A DNA stretch of 64,000 nucleotides, taken from the human T2T-CHM13v2.0 reference genome, Homo sapiens. The notes beneath the pieces were generated by a model. That model saw nothing but the letters and a program-made list of their open reading frames with translations. It did not search any database and was not told the DNA's origin. Numbering within the stretch: the stretch's first letter is position 1; each line of letters starts with the position of its first letter. The stretch lies in the NCBI RefSeq assembly GCF_009914755.1, contig NC_060935.1; one strand, written 5' to 3'. Shown here piece after piece: positions 38,089 to 51,560 of the stretch. The translations under genes were made by a program, and so were the position numbers.

Positions 38089-38464
38089 AAGGGGAAGCAG
38101 CCAATCTAAATTAATTTAGATTCATTTTCAGAGATTTTTCAGTCTCTGGAATGGCTTGACAAACCCTCAAGTCTGAAGAAAGGAGGGGATGAATGAAGGC
38201 GCGTAGACTTCTGAGGATGAGATAGTGAGCAACCATGCCCCCCTCATCCATTTTGCTCACTGTTAATCAGAATTCTGGGCCCATGTAGCACTGGTCTGAA
38301 CAAATAATGGCTTTTGTGATCTTAACATGAACTCTGTACCTGTGTGTAAGGTCACAGAGCACTTGTGAAGTGAGATCAACAAAGGATGATCTCTTTACAA
38401 AGAGAGTATAAAGAACTTCAAAGGATTATATCAAAACGTTTCTTGTTTCAATAAAAATTTTGGA

Positions 38465-38757
38465 TTTCTTTGAGACAGGGTCTCCTTCTGTCACCAAGGC
38501 TGGAGTGAAGTGGTGTGATCATGGCCCACTGCAGCCTCGACCTCCTGGGCTCAAGTAATCCTCCTGCCTCAGCCTCTGAAGTAGCTGCGTCTACAGGTGT
38601 GCACGAACACACCCAGCTAATTTAGAAAAAAAAATTTTGTAGAGATAGGATATTGCTGTGTTGCCCAGGCTGGTCTCAAACTTCTGGGCTCAAGCAATCC
38701 TCCTGCCTTGGCCTCCCAAAGTGTTGGGATCACAAGTGTGAGCCACTGTGCCTGACC
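38465..38757 (-). mobile_element. AluJ
   Basis: GAGACAGGGTCTC..CACTGCAGCCTCGACCTCCTGGGCTCAAG..GTTGCCCAGGCTGGTCTCAAAC..GGGCTCAAGCAATCC. Confidence 0.93.
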
Positions 38758-38924
38758 AAAAATTGTTGTTCTTTATAGTAAGGGAACCAGAACATATTAA
38801 TTCTAAGATGAACTTAAGATCATTTATAAGAAATAGGGGTCTATCTTACTTGATTTTTTTCTCCTGGAATGGCAAGCCTACCCAAAGATCTTCAAAACAT
38901 TCAGGGTGTTTGCTTCTAATTATG

Positions 38925-39075
38925 GAATCATAAAATTTTAGAGCTACAAGAGACGTTAGAATTTGCCTCATGACACAACTTCCTCATCCTACAAATGAGG
39001 AAATTGGGGTCCAGAGAGAAGACACTTTCCAAAGGTCACACAAACAGGAGAGTGTGTGGAATCTCAGCTCATCAA
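38925..39075 (-). mobile_element. MIR/MIR3 fragment
   Basis: TACAAATGAGGAAATTG.GGTCCAGAGAG..CCAAAGGTCACAC. Confidence 0.7.
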
Positions 39076-40149
39076 GTAGCTTCTGGCAGCTTGCAGAAAC
39101 TTCCTAGGAATGTGAGAGTGAAACAGGTCTTCCAATTCATGCAAACAGACTTGAAGTTCACAGCATACGTTTCCCACTGCATTAAGAGGAGGTCAGAGAG
39201 GCTGCCACTTTCTCCTTCCAGAACACTCACCCTCGGCTGGCCTGGTGCACACTGTACCCTCTGCTATATGATGGCTGTTATAGCCTCCACTTCCTCTCCA
39301 AACCTACTCCTGATATTACACTTACCTGCACCAAGTACTGCAGGAAAAGAGAAGTGTGACTCTAGTTGGGCCTGGACTCTCCTAGGCGGATATTAAACTC
39401 CACTTTGTCTTCCAAAGTACCCTGAACCTGGAATTTTATCATTTTGAAACCCATGAGGAAGAGAGTTCTGACTCTTTCTCACAAAATATGTGTGTACTTA
39501 GGCCCGTGTTCCTGGCTGAAAATGAGTTTCCAATTTTATGTGTGAAATTGCTTTTATGGAGCAGGATATTACAAGAAAAAAATCTTATTCTTACCCTAGT
39601 TGACTGGGTATCTATGAAAAGAATGGAGACAAAGTAATAATAAAATAACAATACCATTTTTACCTCTTTTATTGCCTTTGCAACTGTTGTTATTAAATAC
39701 AGTGCTCAGGGAAAGTGCCAGATTATGTCCGTGGGAGCCAGAAACCAATTTAGATTCTGTACCCAGAGCCGATTGACAGTGGTGGATTCCAAGGTCCTTT
39801 CTCCTCAGTCATAGAGGGAGTCAGAGGTATCACGTCCCTTAGAAATAAGTGAAAGAGGTATTTCTGTTCACTCAGTTGAGAATTAGGATATTACGACTTG
39901 GTTTTCTTTCTTCCTTGATTAACCCTGCAGTTGGAAAGGGAGAAGCCTTACTCTGTCGGTGCCCAACCCCCCTGCTCTGGAAAATGGGATGCTTGAGGAT
40001 GCCTGGGCTACCATGATATCTTTAGTGGGCTGTCCAATGAAGGGCCATGGCTCCCATGCCTATTTGAATCCCGTCCTTTCCTTTATTAATAATCCATTCC
40101 AAAGTTCGCCTCTTCAAGAAAGCTTTCTTAGTTAACATTGCCTGATTCA

Positions 40150-40385
40150 TGACACTCATTAAATTGTGTCTTTATTCAAAAAACAGTACCTGAGCACTTC
40201 CCTATATTCTAGGCACTTTGCCAGGCACTGAAGTAATAAAGACGAATAAGGTTCAACACCGGCATTGAGTTGCACTATCTGCATGAGAAGGTGATAAGTA
40301 CACACAGGGTGATGGGCAAAATAGCAGGGGTGGATGGGCACCAGGAGAGTCAGAAAAGGCTCTGCAGAAGATGCAACATTGTGGT
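40150..40385 (-). mobile_element. L2 3' end
   Basis: TTCAAAAAACA..TGAGCAC..CTAT..CTAGGCACT.TGCCAGGCACTG. Confidence 0.65.
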
Positions 40386-40706
40386 CTTTTAGAGGTATTT
40401 ATAGATAATGTGCTTTAATTTATTTTAAAATCTTCTCTTACTCATCTTTTGAAAAAACAATGTCTTCTATCAGGTGGAACAAATGAGACAAAAAGGAAGA
40501 CACACATGCTCACACATACACACGCGGTGTTACTTAGTCCCTACTATGTGTAGGGCATGTGAGTAGTTAGAGGAGATGCATTGAAGAGTGGGTACCAGCC
40601 TCTTTCATCTTCCCTGATAGGAGAGTTCTTTCTCCCTTTCCTATATTTAGACCTTCATCTCTTCATACCCAGCTTCAGTTTTCCCCTTCTCCATAAAAAT
40701 TCTGAT

Positions 40707-41037
40707 TTCTTCTTCTTCCTCTTTTCCTTTCTCTTTTTCTTCTTCCTCTTTTTCTTCTTCTTCTTCTTCCTCTTCCTTCTCCTCTTCTTCACCTTCTTCC
40801 TCTTCCTCTTCTCCCCTCCTCCTCTCCCCCTCCTCCCCTCTCCCCCTCCTCCTCCTCTTCCCCTCCTCCCCTCTCCCCCTCCTCCTCTTCCCCTTCTCCC
40901 CTCCTCCTCCTCCCCTCCTCCCCTCCTCTTCCCCTACTCGTCCTCCCCATCCTGTCCTCCTCCACTCCTCCTCCTCCCCTCCTCCCCCCGCCCCGTTTTC
41001 TTCTTCTCTTCTTCTTCGTCTTCGTCTTTGTCTTCTT
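40707..41037. repeat. ~330-bp polypyrimidine (CTT/CCT)n low-complexity tract
   Basis: Read directly. Confidence 0.97.
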
Positions 41038-41544
41038 GTGGATATTAAGCCAGTAACAAGAACAACAAGTTTACCTCTGTGGAATACAAGTTCATCTATA
41101 TGAAACATCCTGTTTGAGTTTTGTATTCTCATAATACCTCTTTTATGATTGTATCCTCCTCATTTAACAGACTAAAATACAAATACAGCTGATCTAACCA
41201 TAAGTGATCATTCTAAATGGCATAGCAGTGGCTGCCAGGAACAAAAGTCCCATCTTTACAATCCTAACCTATTCTTTACCCTGATTCTGTTGATGATTGC
41301 ATAATTGTTGACTGTTCAATTTTTTCAGCCAGAATCTTGATTTCTATGTGGGTGATATGGGCAAGGGCACTCTTCTAGACTCTTGATGTTATTCCATTCA
41401 TGTGCCCCCATCCCAACCAGAGCACAGCTCATGGCTGACCACCAGCAAGCGCTCAATTAATATTTTCAACTATTTGATTGGGAATTGTCAATTCAGTTCC
41501 AATCAGTGATCCATAGAATGATGACTTCCATGTATATTTAGTTT

Positions 41545-41695
41545 GAGAAATGGGAGAAAGAACAAACTAAAAAAAATAAGAAAGAGGCAAGGGGAGAGAG
41601 AAAAAGGACAAAGAAGAAAAGAGTGAGAGGGAGAGAGAAGCAAGAAGGGGAGGGGAAAGAGAGGGAGAGAGGAGCCAAAGGGAGGAAGGAGAACA
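41545..41695. repeat. GA-rich low-complexity tract
   Basis: Read directly. Confidence 0.85.
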
Positions 41696-42829
41696 TGCAG
41701 CATTCTCGGTCTCCCACTGTCAAATCTATCTTGGGCCCTTAAAGGAAGCAGGTCTGCAGAAAACCAAGCAAATGCTACAAGGTTATGGGTAATAATTGAT
41801 GTTTTTGTGGGGCAAAAGGGAAAAGGAGGGGTGGAAGATGAAAGAAGTCAGGAGGGAGATGGAAAAGTTTTCAGGGTCACAGGATACATTTATCAGAAGC
41901 TTTTAAGGAAGTGTTTAAGAGCAGCTAAGCTGTTGCTATGGAAATAGGTAAAAGCTAATCCATTATCTGCAACCTCTGGACGCCACCAGCTTGCCGCTGG
42001 GGGGCATTCTGCTTTTTATTAGTACTTCTTTTTCTTTTTTCTCTTCAATTTTTTCCACTCCAAACACATCACTGGAATTATGAGAAACAAATTAATAAAA
42101 ATGGAATGAAAGGGAACTCTACTCCTTCAGAGATTACATTAACACATGAGGGAAACTTCACCCCATGTGTCAACTCGTAAAGAGAGAAGAGATTATTTCA
42201 AGAAGATAAGACGAAAAGAAAACAACAATATATGACCACCTGGAGGGATAAATGTCCTGTTCCTCCTAGTGCCACTCTCGTCCTTGGCTGCAGCTCTGAA
42301 GTTTGTGCTAAAACCCACAGAAGACAGCATATGCCTCCTGGTTTTAAAACCAGACTGTGACCTTTGATTGGAGCCATTTAAGAGGCTTTGAAGCTTCAGG
42401 AAAGAATTGGCAAAAGCTATTTTACAAGTATCCCTCACTTTATATAAAAGCCATAATTTATCTATAGCCTCACTCTGTGTGAGTAAAAAATTTATGTGAA
42501 CTTAGTCATTTCCCACAAATTATACATGTATAAAATATAGATTTGAATCAATTGATACTTTGTATGTGCCTATTGTGGGAAATGTTAAAATGTCAATGCC
42601 AATATTACCATTGTTCTCAGATCTTCCCTTTTTGCCATTCCCTAGGTAATAGAAATCTCTACCATGACTTGGGGTCAGTAATTGTGACTCCACACATGCA
42701 ACTTTCAGGACTTGGTTATCTTTTTCCATTTGTCTATAAAGTTACAGGTCTCACAGTTATATCAAATTCTTAGTAATATCAAAAATCAAAATCTAATAGT
42801 TTTCCACACACCCCAGTATCTAATTACTT

Positions 42830-43532
42830 ATTTTTAAAACTTACTTTTTATTTCAATATGTTTTTGGGTAACAGGTGATGTTTGGTTATATGAACAAGTT
42901 CTTTAGTGATCATTTCTGAGATTTTGGTGCATCCATCACCCAAGCAGTGTGCACAGTACCCAATGTGTAGTCTTTTATTCCTCACCTGGACACCACCCTT
43001 TCCCACAAGTCCCCAAAGTCCATTGTATCATTCATACATCTTTGTTTTCTCATAGTTTAGCTCCCATTTATGAGTGAGAACAAAGGATTTTTGATTATGG
43101 CCATTCTTGTAGGAGTAAGGTGGTATCACATTGTGGTTTTGATTTACATTTCCCTGATCGTTAGTGACGTGGAGCATTTTTCCATATGCTTGGTGGCCAT
43201 TTGTATATCTTCCCTTGAGAACTGTCTATTCATGTTCTTAGCCCACTTTTTGATGGGATTGTTTTTTTCTTGAGTTCTTTGTACATTCTGGTTGTTAGTT
43301 GTTTGTCAGATGTATACATTGTGAAGATTTTCTCCCACTCTGTGGGTTGTCTGTTAACTTTGCTGATTATTTCTTTTGCTGTGCAGAAGCTGTTGCGTTT
43401 AATTAAGTCCTATCTATTTATCTTTGTTTTTGTTGCATTTGCCTTTGGGTTCTTGGTCATGAAGACTTTGCATAAGCCAGTGTCTAGAAGAGTTTTTCTG
43501 ATGTTATCTCCTAGAATTGTTGTGGTTCCAGG
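42830..43532 (-). mobile_element. L1PB 3' end with an internal deletion at ~43087
   Basis: 3' UTR as at 28778-29047, then a jump to ORF2 TTTTGATTATGGCCATTCTTG.AGGAGTAAGGTGGTATC..TTTTGCTGTGCAGAAGC. Confidence 0.92.
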
Positions 43533-43534
43533 CC

Positions 43535-44055
43535 CTTCTCACTCAAATCTGAAACTTGGAAGTCAATTTAGACTTCTCCTAACTTAATACCAACACTCAA
43601 AAAGTCACTACTTCTTGACAATATTCATTATCTGAAATGACGTGTATGTCCCCATTCCACTTCATCTTCACTATGATGATCTTCATTTTGGCTCTTACCC
43701 TGTCTTAAGTGAACTACTCCAACTACCTGCTACCTGGCTTGCTGCCTTGAGATCCCTCTACTCCATCTTCCACATTGATGAGAAAGCCCTATTTCTAAGC
43801 CACTATTAAGTTGTGCTTCTTAAAATCCTTTCCTGGGTCCTCATCTCCTCCATAGGCTCTTTAGGATGATAAAACCCTTTCCAGTTGGCCCCTGCCTGTC
43901 TCCACTGACTCATCAGCTGCTCTGCTCCCACATGTGCCCCTGACACCATGTTTGTCTGCCATCCCCACTCAGTGTGGGCTCCTTGACGGTGTGGTCTTTT
44001 CAGGGCCTGGTCCAGGGCCTGGGACAAGAGGCCCTCAATAAATGCCTATTGTTGG
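43535..44055 (+). mobile_element. L2
   Basis: GAAACTTGGAAGTCA..CTACTCCAACTACCTGCTACCTGG..CCCTCAATAAATGCCTATTG. Confidence 0.65.
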
Positions 44056-45599
44056 CCAGTAGCTGAGATTCATTAGCACACAATGCTGGGGGACCATATG
44101 GCTGCTGCTCCAATCCACTGTGAAAATCATTCAACTTTAGGGCTTCACTGTAAAATGAATTCATGTCATACTTAATCATTTCTGTGAATTTAAATTCTGA
44201 ATGATGAGCTTACTTAGAAAGAGACATAACTGTTAAACATCACTTGTAACTCAGTGGACAACGATGGCACAGGAGAACAGGCCTGTGAGCAACCAAATAC
44301 ATGTGTTGACATTAATGTTTAAACCAAATTATGATCCAGTTTGCAGCAGATTCACCTTTCCAATTGAACTTTCTAGGCTGTGGAGCCTCTAGCCTAGTGT
44401 CCATACAGCCACATTCTCAGCAATTCTTTGACAGAAGGAGAGTTACAAAAGAGCCATACTTGTATTAGACCGAACTGAAGGCTTCCAGGGTTAAAGATAA
44501 TTCTTGAAGGAGTTTGCAGTAAATTTCCTTTCTCCCTAGTTATGCATGAGTTGAAAGCACTGACTGAGCAGAGTCAGAGAGGAATGTATTTGAGTTGTAA
44601 TATGTGTTCTTGTTTGAGAACAGATGATTAGCACTCCAAAATGAGGGCCTGGCAACACAGGTCCCGCCAAATTAAAGAACTGAGGCACTAGAAACTGGTG
44701 TTTTCAGAGCAAGATCTATAATTACTTAAAGCTTCTACAAAAATGATAGATTAAAAAAGTAGAGGCACATAGGTCTCCTGTAAAGCACTATTTGGAAAGT
44801 AGGGGTCTCAGGAAAAAAAAAAAGTCTAGTATGAAAAAATCAGGGGTATAACCCAGAGGAGTCGTTTGTTGGCATTTGGGTAGCTTCAAGTAGAGTGGCT
44901 CTTGACATTTTTATGACTAAGAGGGAATCTGTGAACCAAACTGAAGAAATTTCTTTTCTACTAGTCCAGAACAATGAAAAACAAGCTCTGGGTTAGAATT
45001 ATAAAGCAGAACTGCAACTGATGGCAAAGCCAAAACTACATGCCTATGCTATTTTTGATTTATATATAGGTTACATCTCAAGATTATCTTGTGTGTTTAA
45101 TACCCCAGTGTGCCTGAGGATATATGAGGGAGAAATAAAGAGGACTGAGAGGAAGGAAACCATGACCTACACAGCAGGAACTTTTGATGTGGGTGGGTCC
45201 TGGCAGGAAGTTATCCAAGCAGAACGATGCTATCTGGGAGACCTTTGGGTTGGGGGGTGCATTTCATCATAGGGCTAATAACTTGACTCAGGCTGAGCAA
45301 ATTTAAACAAATTGGCTAACATTAAAATAAAAAGCAGGCAAAGCTCAAATGCCACCAGTGATGTACACTGATGTATACACTGGAAATGCCTCTAGAATCT
45401 CTGAACGTACACTGAGCTCAGCAAGTGTAGATAGAGGTCAGTAAGACATTAATAGGCAATGTTACTCCATAAACCTTGTTGTGTTCTGTATTCACTTTGC
45501 TGCTTTTCAGTAGTATAGAGAAAACATCTACCTCTCCTCTTCAGTGGCACACAGTCCACCTTTTGTTGGTCATAGCTAATTTTTTCTGTTCATTAAGAT

Positions 45600-45765
45600 A
45601 AATGCTTATGCACATTATTAATTTAAGCCATCGTTAACACCCCTGAGATATATGTTATTACCCTCATGCTAGAGATGAGGCTTATGCAGCCAGTCAATAA
45701 TGGACTTAGGATCTGCAGCCAGGGAGTTTGACCTCAGAGTGTGTGCTTATTATCACTCTGTTATG
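45600..45765 (-). mobile_element. MIR fragment
   Basis: TTATTACCCTCAT..AGATGAGG..TTTGAC.TCAGAG..TGC. Confidence 0.55.
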
Positions 45766-45954
45766 CTGTGGGACAAGACAGTGCTGTGATACTTGGAGTA
45801 TAAAGACTCCATGTTAAATTTGCATCTATAAGTGTGAGTGAGAAAGAGGTGTGTGTATGTTTCTGTATTTGGGTGCCTTACTTCTCCCCGAATGTCTCTG
45901 GGTTTGTTGCTGTTGACTCTTGCACAATTCACCTTCTCTTTGGGGAGAAGCTCA

Positions 45955-46110
45955 TTCATGGGAATGGGCTTTTGGACGGGCTGATGGAAATGTTTTGCAA
46001 CTAGATAGAGGTGGTGGTTGCCCAACACTGGGAATGTACTAAATGTCACTATATTAATTGTTCATTTTAAATTGGTTAATTCTATGTTATACAAATTTTG
46101 CCTCAACTAT
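45955..46110 (+). mobile_element. L1MB 3' terminal fragment
   Basis: GATGGAAATGTTTTG.AACTAGATAGAGGTGGTGGTTGC.CAACACTG.GAATGTACTAAATG.CACT. Confidence 0.8.
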
Positions 46111-47314
46111 TTTTTTATTTCACCTTTTCCTCCCATAATTAGACTCACTTGACTGAAGAAATTTCCTTTCAGTGTCCACATATCCTCTATGAATGGGATC
46201 TGCAGAAGCCATTTTTACAAGTTTCTTTGAAAGCACTTATGTATTATTGTCCACTTTTACGTTATTAAAAAAACAACGAAAACAACAACAACAAAAAAAC
46301 AGAAAAACTTCACTGACAGCATTTTTTTAATCAGTGAGACTTTTTTTGGTGGAGGTGGAGGAGATGTTGCAAGATTTACCTCCAAAATGCTGATTTTGCC
46401 CCAAAATGCTGTTGATTCCAGATAGCCATGCCCTGGACAACACACTGGTCAACCACTGCCATGTGAAGAAGGGGACTCTCAGCGTTGCATACCTAAAGAA
46501 CATCAACTCACTGGTCCCTTTTATGGGTGAGAAAAGTGAGGCTGAGCAGCATGAAGCCATCTGACAAAAATCACGTGGAAAGTTGATGATGTTCTGGTTC
46601 AGTGACGCCTGCTCTCCCGATTGATCTTGAGTCTGGGGCTCTCTTGGCCTGGTCACCCTGGCCATTGTGGCCCTTGGTTTTTAAGCAATAAAGTCTCCAA
46701 GAGCCAAGATACTCTCCCTCTATTACTCAATTATCTTATGAAATGAAGTGCGTGAGAGACACAGCTCCTGCTGAGGTGGCACTTGACAGTGTCCAGAGAC
46801 TACTGGAGCCAGGCTGGGAGACCTAACCGCTTCCTTCCACAACAGCACACTTTAACATCACTCTACAAGAGGGGCAAGTTTTGGTGATTCTTCCCAGATT
46901 GTCAGTTCTCAGCAATCAGAGAACACATCTCTTATTTCTTCTGAATCTCTCCATCATTTTTCTTATGCAAGAAGGGCTCAGTAAATACTGTTCACTGACT
47001 GACTAGTGGAGGTTGCCATTTCTGGAGCTCCGCATAAACTGATTATACTGAGGAAGTAATCCTACTGTACCTCCTAAGGTTCTCTAATGAGTGTGACAGG
47101 CGCTTAGAAAGTAGGCTTCCAAAATGATGTGATGTGAAGGCATTCATTTACACTGCTCCTAAGGGAGTGTTCCCCTGTGTGCATGCATTATGCATTCTAC
47201 AGTGTTAAAAAAAAAGCAGCAATTCTGGTCTCTGTGGATGTGTTTTATATGCTGTGTTAAACATGCTAGGAAAGCTCAGTAGATTTTACAGTCCTGGAGA
47301 CTGGACAAAGTCAA

Positions 47315-47550
47315 CGGGGTATGGTAGACAGAAAACATGTAAATCAGAGACAAAAGACAGACATTCTACTCTTGCCTCCTCATCTTATTAATAGGGTCCT
47401 GGGAATGCCAGTCATTATTGTGGAACTTCTGTTTCCCCATCTGTAAAAAGGGAACAACAATGGCAAATCTCACCTTGTTATGTTGTGGTGACAGTCCAAC
47501 AAGAAGAGGTAAGTGAAAGGGCTTTAAGAACTGTAAAAGCCTTCTGTTAT
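47315..47550 (+). mobile_element. MIR
   Basis: CTTCTGTTTCCCCATCTGTAAAAAGGGAAC..GTGAAAG.GCTTT..AACTGTAAA. Confidence 0.7.
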
Positions 47551-48226
47551 TAAATAATCTTAACGGTATCTCTACAATCTGTCAGACTTGCACCCTTAAA
47601 AAACAAAAATAGGAAGCATCACATGGGCATCTCCCAAAAAATGTTCCTGCCTCTGGGAACCTCTCTAGGTTATCTTCTCCTTTACTTCCCAGATCCTACT
47701 CTAACCCATGGTTCCCTTTTACAATATGGCCAATATTTCCAAACACTAATGCTCATGCTCACCTTCTCAACTTGGGCTGTTTACCTTTAAAATCTGCTGG
47801 TGACTTCACAGAAATTCCCACACCTGGACCAAGTTCTGGCTAGTAATTGAACTTGAATGTTAATTTGGGAATCATATGTACTCAGATTTGACCTTCTCCC
47901 GAACGTTAGCTTTCACATGACTCCAGTGCATGAACGGACCCACAGGGACCAGCATTTCCAAAGTCCACTCCCAGATTCCTACCTCAGTGGCTCTCCTGCT
48001 CAGGCCCTTATGTGGACTCAACCATGTATCAGGCTTGACATTGACTACAGCTAAACAGAATTCTCTGGTGGCCCTCAAACCACCCCAGTCTGCGACTGAC
48101 AGTTCTCAATGCTTACAAGAAGCTCTCTTTGCATTTAGTTCTATAGATATATAGAAAACCAATGTGTCTTCTGCTTTCATTTCTTTGATCATATTACCTA
48201 GACCTGTTTAGCAACTCTAATTTTTA

Positions 48227-48851
<625 letters not shown>

Positions 48852-49049
48852 TTACTTGTTGTCAGCTCTACTCTTTCAGCACAGCTCTTTTTATACATGT
48901 TTTGCCCTGAATCACCCCAACAGTACATCTAGAGAGGTGGACAGCTAGAAAATGCTACTTACTAATAGACTAACTTACTGGGTTAAAATGTTCCAAATTA
49001 TTATGAGATCTAAGATACAGTCACTTGGAAATGTGTGAGCTTTCTCAAA

Positions 49050-50330
49050 TGAGTTATTCAATTTGCAACAATAATTTCTGTTGAGAGACCACTTTGTTCC
49101 AGGTATTGTGATAATTTTGGGTGAAACAATCCCACAAAGAGCTTTTGTGCTGCTGGGCAGAACATCATGCTGCATTTTCTGTTTATCACTGCGAGGTGTC
49201 TTCACAGAGTTTGAAAACAAGTGCTATAAAAGCACAGTGGAGAAACCTAACCAATCTTAAAATGTCAAAAGATCTAAAATAAAGCCATGTCTAAGTCGAG
49301 ATGCAAAAATAAGTAGGTAGTACAGGAGTGAAACTGGGATAGTGATGAAGGATATTGGATGAAGACAGAATCCCAGGCACAGAGACCAGCATGCACAGAA
49401 CCCAAGGAGAAAGAGAACACGGTGCATACGGCAACAACATCAGTTAGGTTTTTTTTTTTTTTCCTGCAGAATGACTACTGGAATAAGTTAATGCAAAAAG
49501 GAGACTTTTAAAATAAGGATATAGGATGACAGTATAGATTCTACAGGCAGAAACAGAGTGGCCTCAATCATGCATTGGGAGCAGGAACATGAGTACAGTA
49601 AGGACACAGACAGTCCTCCTGCTCACCACCCCTTGCCTCTACTCCTCACTGAATACTTCTTTTTCTCTCTAGTGGGAAAAAGCTTTTATCGCTTCCCAGT
49701 TCTCATGGTGAAAAATTAACCAATGCCAACAGCAACTGAGTTGCCACGCTCATCATTGCAATCAGCTGATTTCAAATTTTTAGAAATGAGGTTATTGGTC
49801 TAACCCAGATCAGGAAGTACCTGTGGTCCTCTAAACTGTGCTACAGGATAAAAGTCATATTGAATAAACATGGTTCTCCTATTGCTCCTTTTGTCACCAT
49901 GTCACAAGGTCAGGGGATCCGGGAGAGAGGTGGAGGGATGGTGAATTTGTTATGAAAGTGGAAAACACAGTGAGCTCAAGGGACAACTAGATAGGTCTCC
50001 ACAATAGGGAAATGTAAGTAGTCAGATATGGTTATGGCTCATATCATAAAGCTATTATATTGCTCGGGCAGGGGGAGGCAAGGTCATAAAAGGCCTTGAA
50101 AATTATGTTTAATAAAATGGATTTTTATCTTAAGGACAATGAAAAATCATTTGGAGTTGGAGAGAGAATTGGGTAATGTTTTACTTTTATTTATTTTAAT
50201 GTTCGATTCAGAGGTAGATTCTATCTGATCTATCCTTTAGAAAGATCACTTGTCATTCTGAGGTTGCATTGGAGGCAGCTGAAAAGCTTAGGTCTGAGAT
50301 GACAGTCCGGGTAACTAAGGCTCTAGGAGT
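49050..50330 (-). mobile_element. L2 fragments, probably interrupted by an old MaLR-like segment (~49460-50000)
   Basis: CCCAGGCACAGAGACCAGCATGCACAGA..; GATTTTTATCTTAAGGACAATG..TTTAGAAAGATCACT. Confidence 0.55.
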
Positions 50331-50501
50331 GGGCCTGGTGTTGCACAGAACAGTTGTTGCAAATTGTTTGACTTTGGTCATGTATGTGCCATTCACAGAC
50401 AGAAGCCTGGGAAAATGGCAACATAATTAGGAAGTGCGGGTGTGAGAGTAACTCAGCAGCTAATGTTGAAAATAGAAAGGGGTCCCTGGACCGAATAGAT
50501 C

Positions 50502-50546
50502 TGTGTGTGTGTGTGTGTGCGCGCGCGCGTGTGTGTGTGTGTGTGT
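50502..50546. repeat. (TG)9(CG)5(TG)8 alternating purine-pyrimidine microsatellite
   Basis: Read directly. Confidence 0.97.
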
Positions 50547-50847
50547 TTGATTAGTCAAGGTGAAAAAAAAAACTTTCCTATTAAGCACCAAAACGTATGT
50601 CATGGGTGTGCAAATACCAAGACATATAGATGGATACAAAACCTAAAAGTAACAGCATTAATCACGTAATTTCATCACCAGAAGCTTATCCTAAGGAAAT
50701 AATCAGTAACATACACAAAGTCCCTTATACAAGGTTGTTTACTGTCATGTTATTAATAGAAGGGAAAAAATCTGGAAGAAACCTATATTTCCACTGTTTA
50801 TGAATCAATTAAATGAATCATCTCCGTTGTACAGAATGCTAGATAGC

Positions 50848-51279
50848 TGTACTGGGTTGAAAAGTTCTCCCCAGAATTTGTCTACCTCAGAACCTCAGTA
50901 TATGACTTTATTTGGAAACAGGGTCTTTGCAGACATAACTATACTGGATTAGGGTAGGTCCTAATCCAATAACTGATGTCCTTATAAGAAGAGAGAAATT
51001 TGGATGCAGACACACGCAGAGGAAAGAATGCCGAGTGATGACAGAGACAGAGACTGCAGCGACGCAGGTGTGACTGGAAGGACAATAAGGACGGCCGCAG
51101 CCGCAGAAACTGGGAAAGGGTGAGGAAATATTTCTTCCTGGAACCTCAGAGAAGAATGGTCCTGCCAACACCTGGATTTTAGACTTCTAGCCTTGACAAC
51201 TGTGAGAGAATACATTTCCGTTATTTTAAGCTACCCAGTTTGTAGTGGTGTATGATGGTAGCCCTGTGAAACTAATGCA
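50848..51279 (+). mobile_element. MLT1C-like MaLR solo LTR, inserted in an old + strand L1M fragment (~50640-51400)
   Basis: TTATTTGGAAACAGGGTCTTTGCAGA..TGGATTAGGGTAGGTCCTAATCCAAT..CCTGCCAACACC..AACTGTGAGAGAATACATTTC..AAACTAAT.CA. Confidence 0.9.
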
Positions 51280-51560
51280 GCTGCCATTAAAATCCATTTA
51301 TTTAAAAAGTAATGAATAAGATACAAAAATTGTATGTTCCTTGAAAAAATAAAATCATGGATTTTAATTCATAGCAGAGTGAATAAAGAAATATGTTGTG
51401 ATATACAAAAACATCTTTAATACTAAAAATAAATGGCTATGCTGAAAAGCAGGAGGAAAGCCATTATGGATCGCCAATGGTAAATGTGCAGATACAGGAG
51501 ATGAAATCCGTGCAGTGGGAAAGGCATGGGGCAGGCAGCGGGGCAGGTTCGGCACTCGCC

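Noticed and set aside
40581-41132. Pro/Phe-rich and Glu/Arg-rich ORFs
   Set aside because: Translations of the polypyrimidine tract.
50946-50969. Hairpin TGGATTAGG..CCTAATCCA
   Set aside because: Part of the MLT1 consensus as I recall it.
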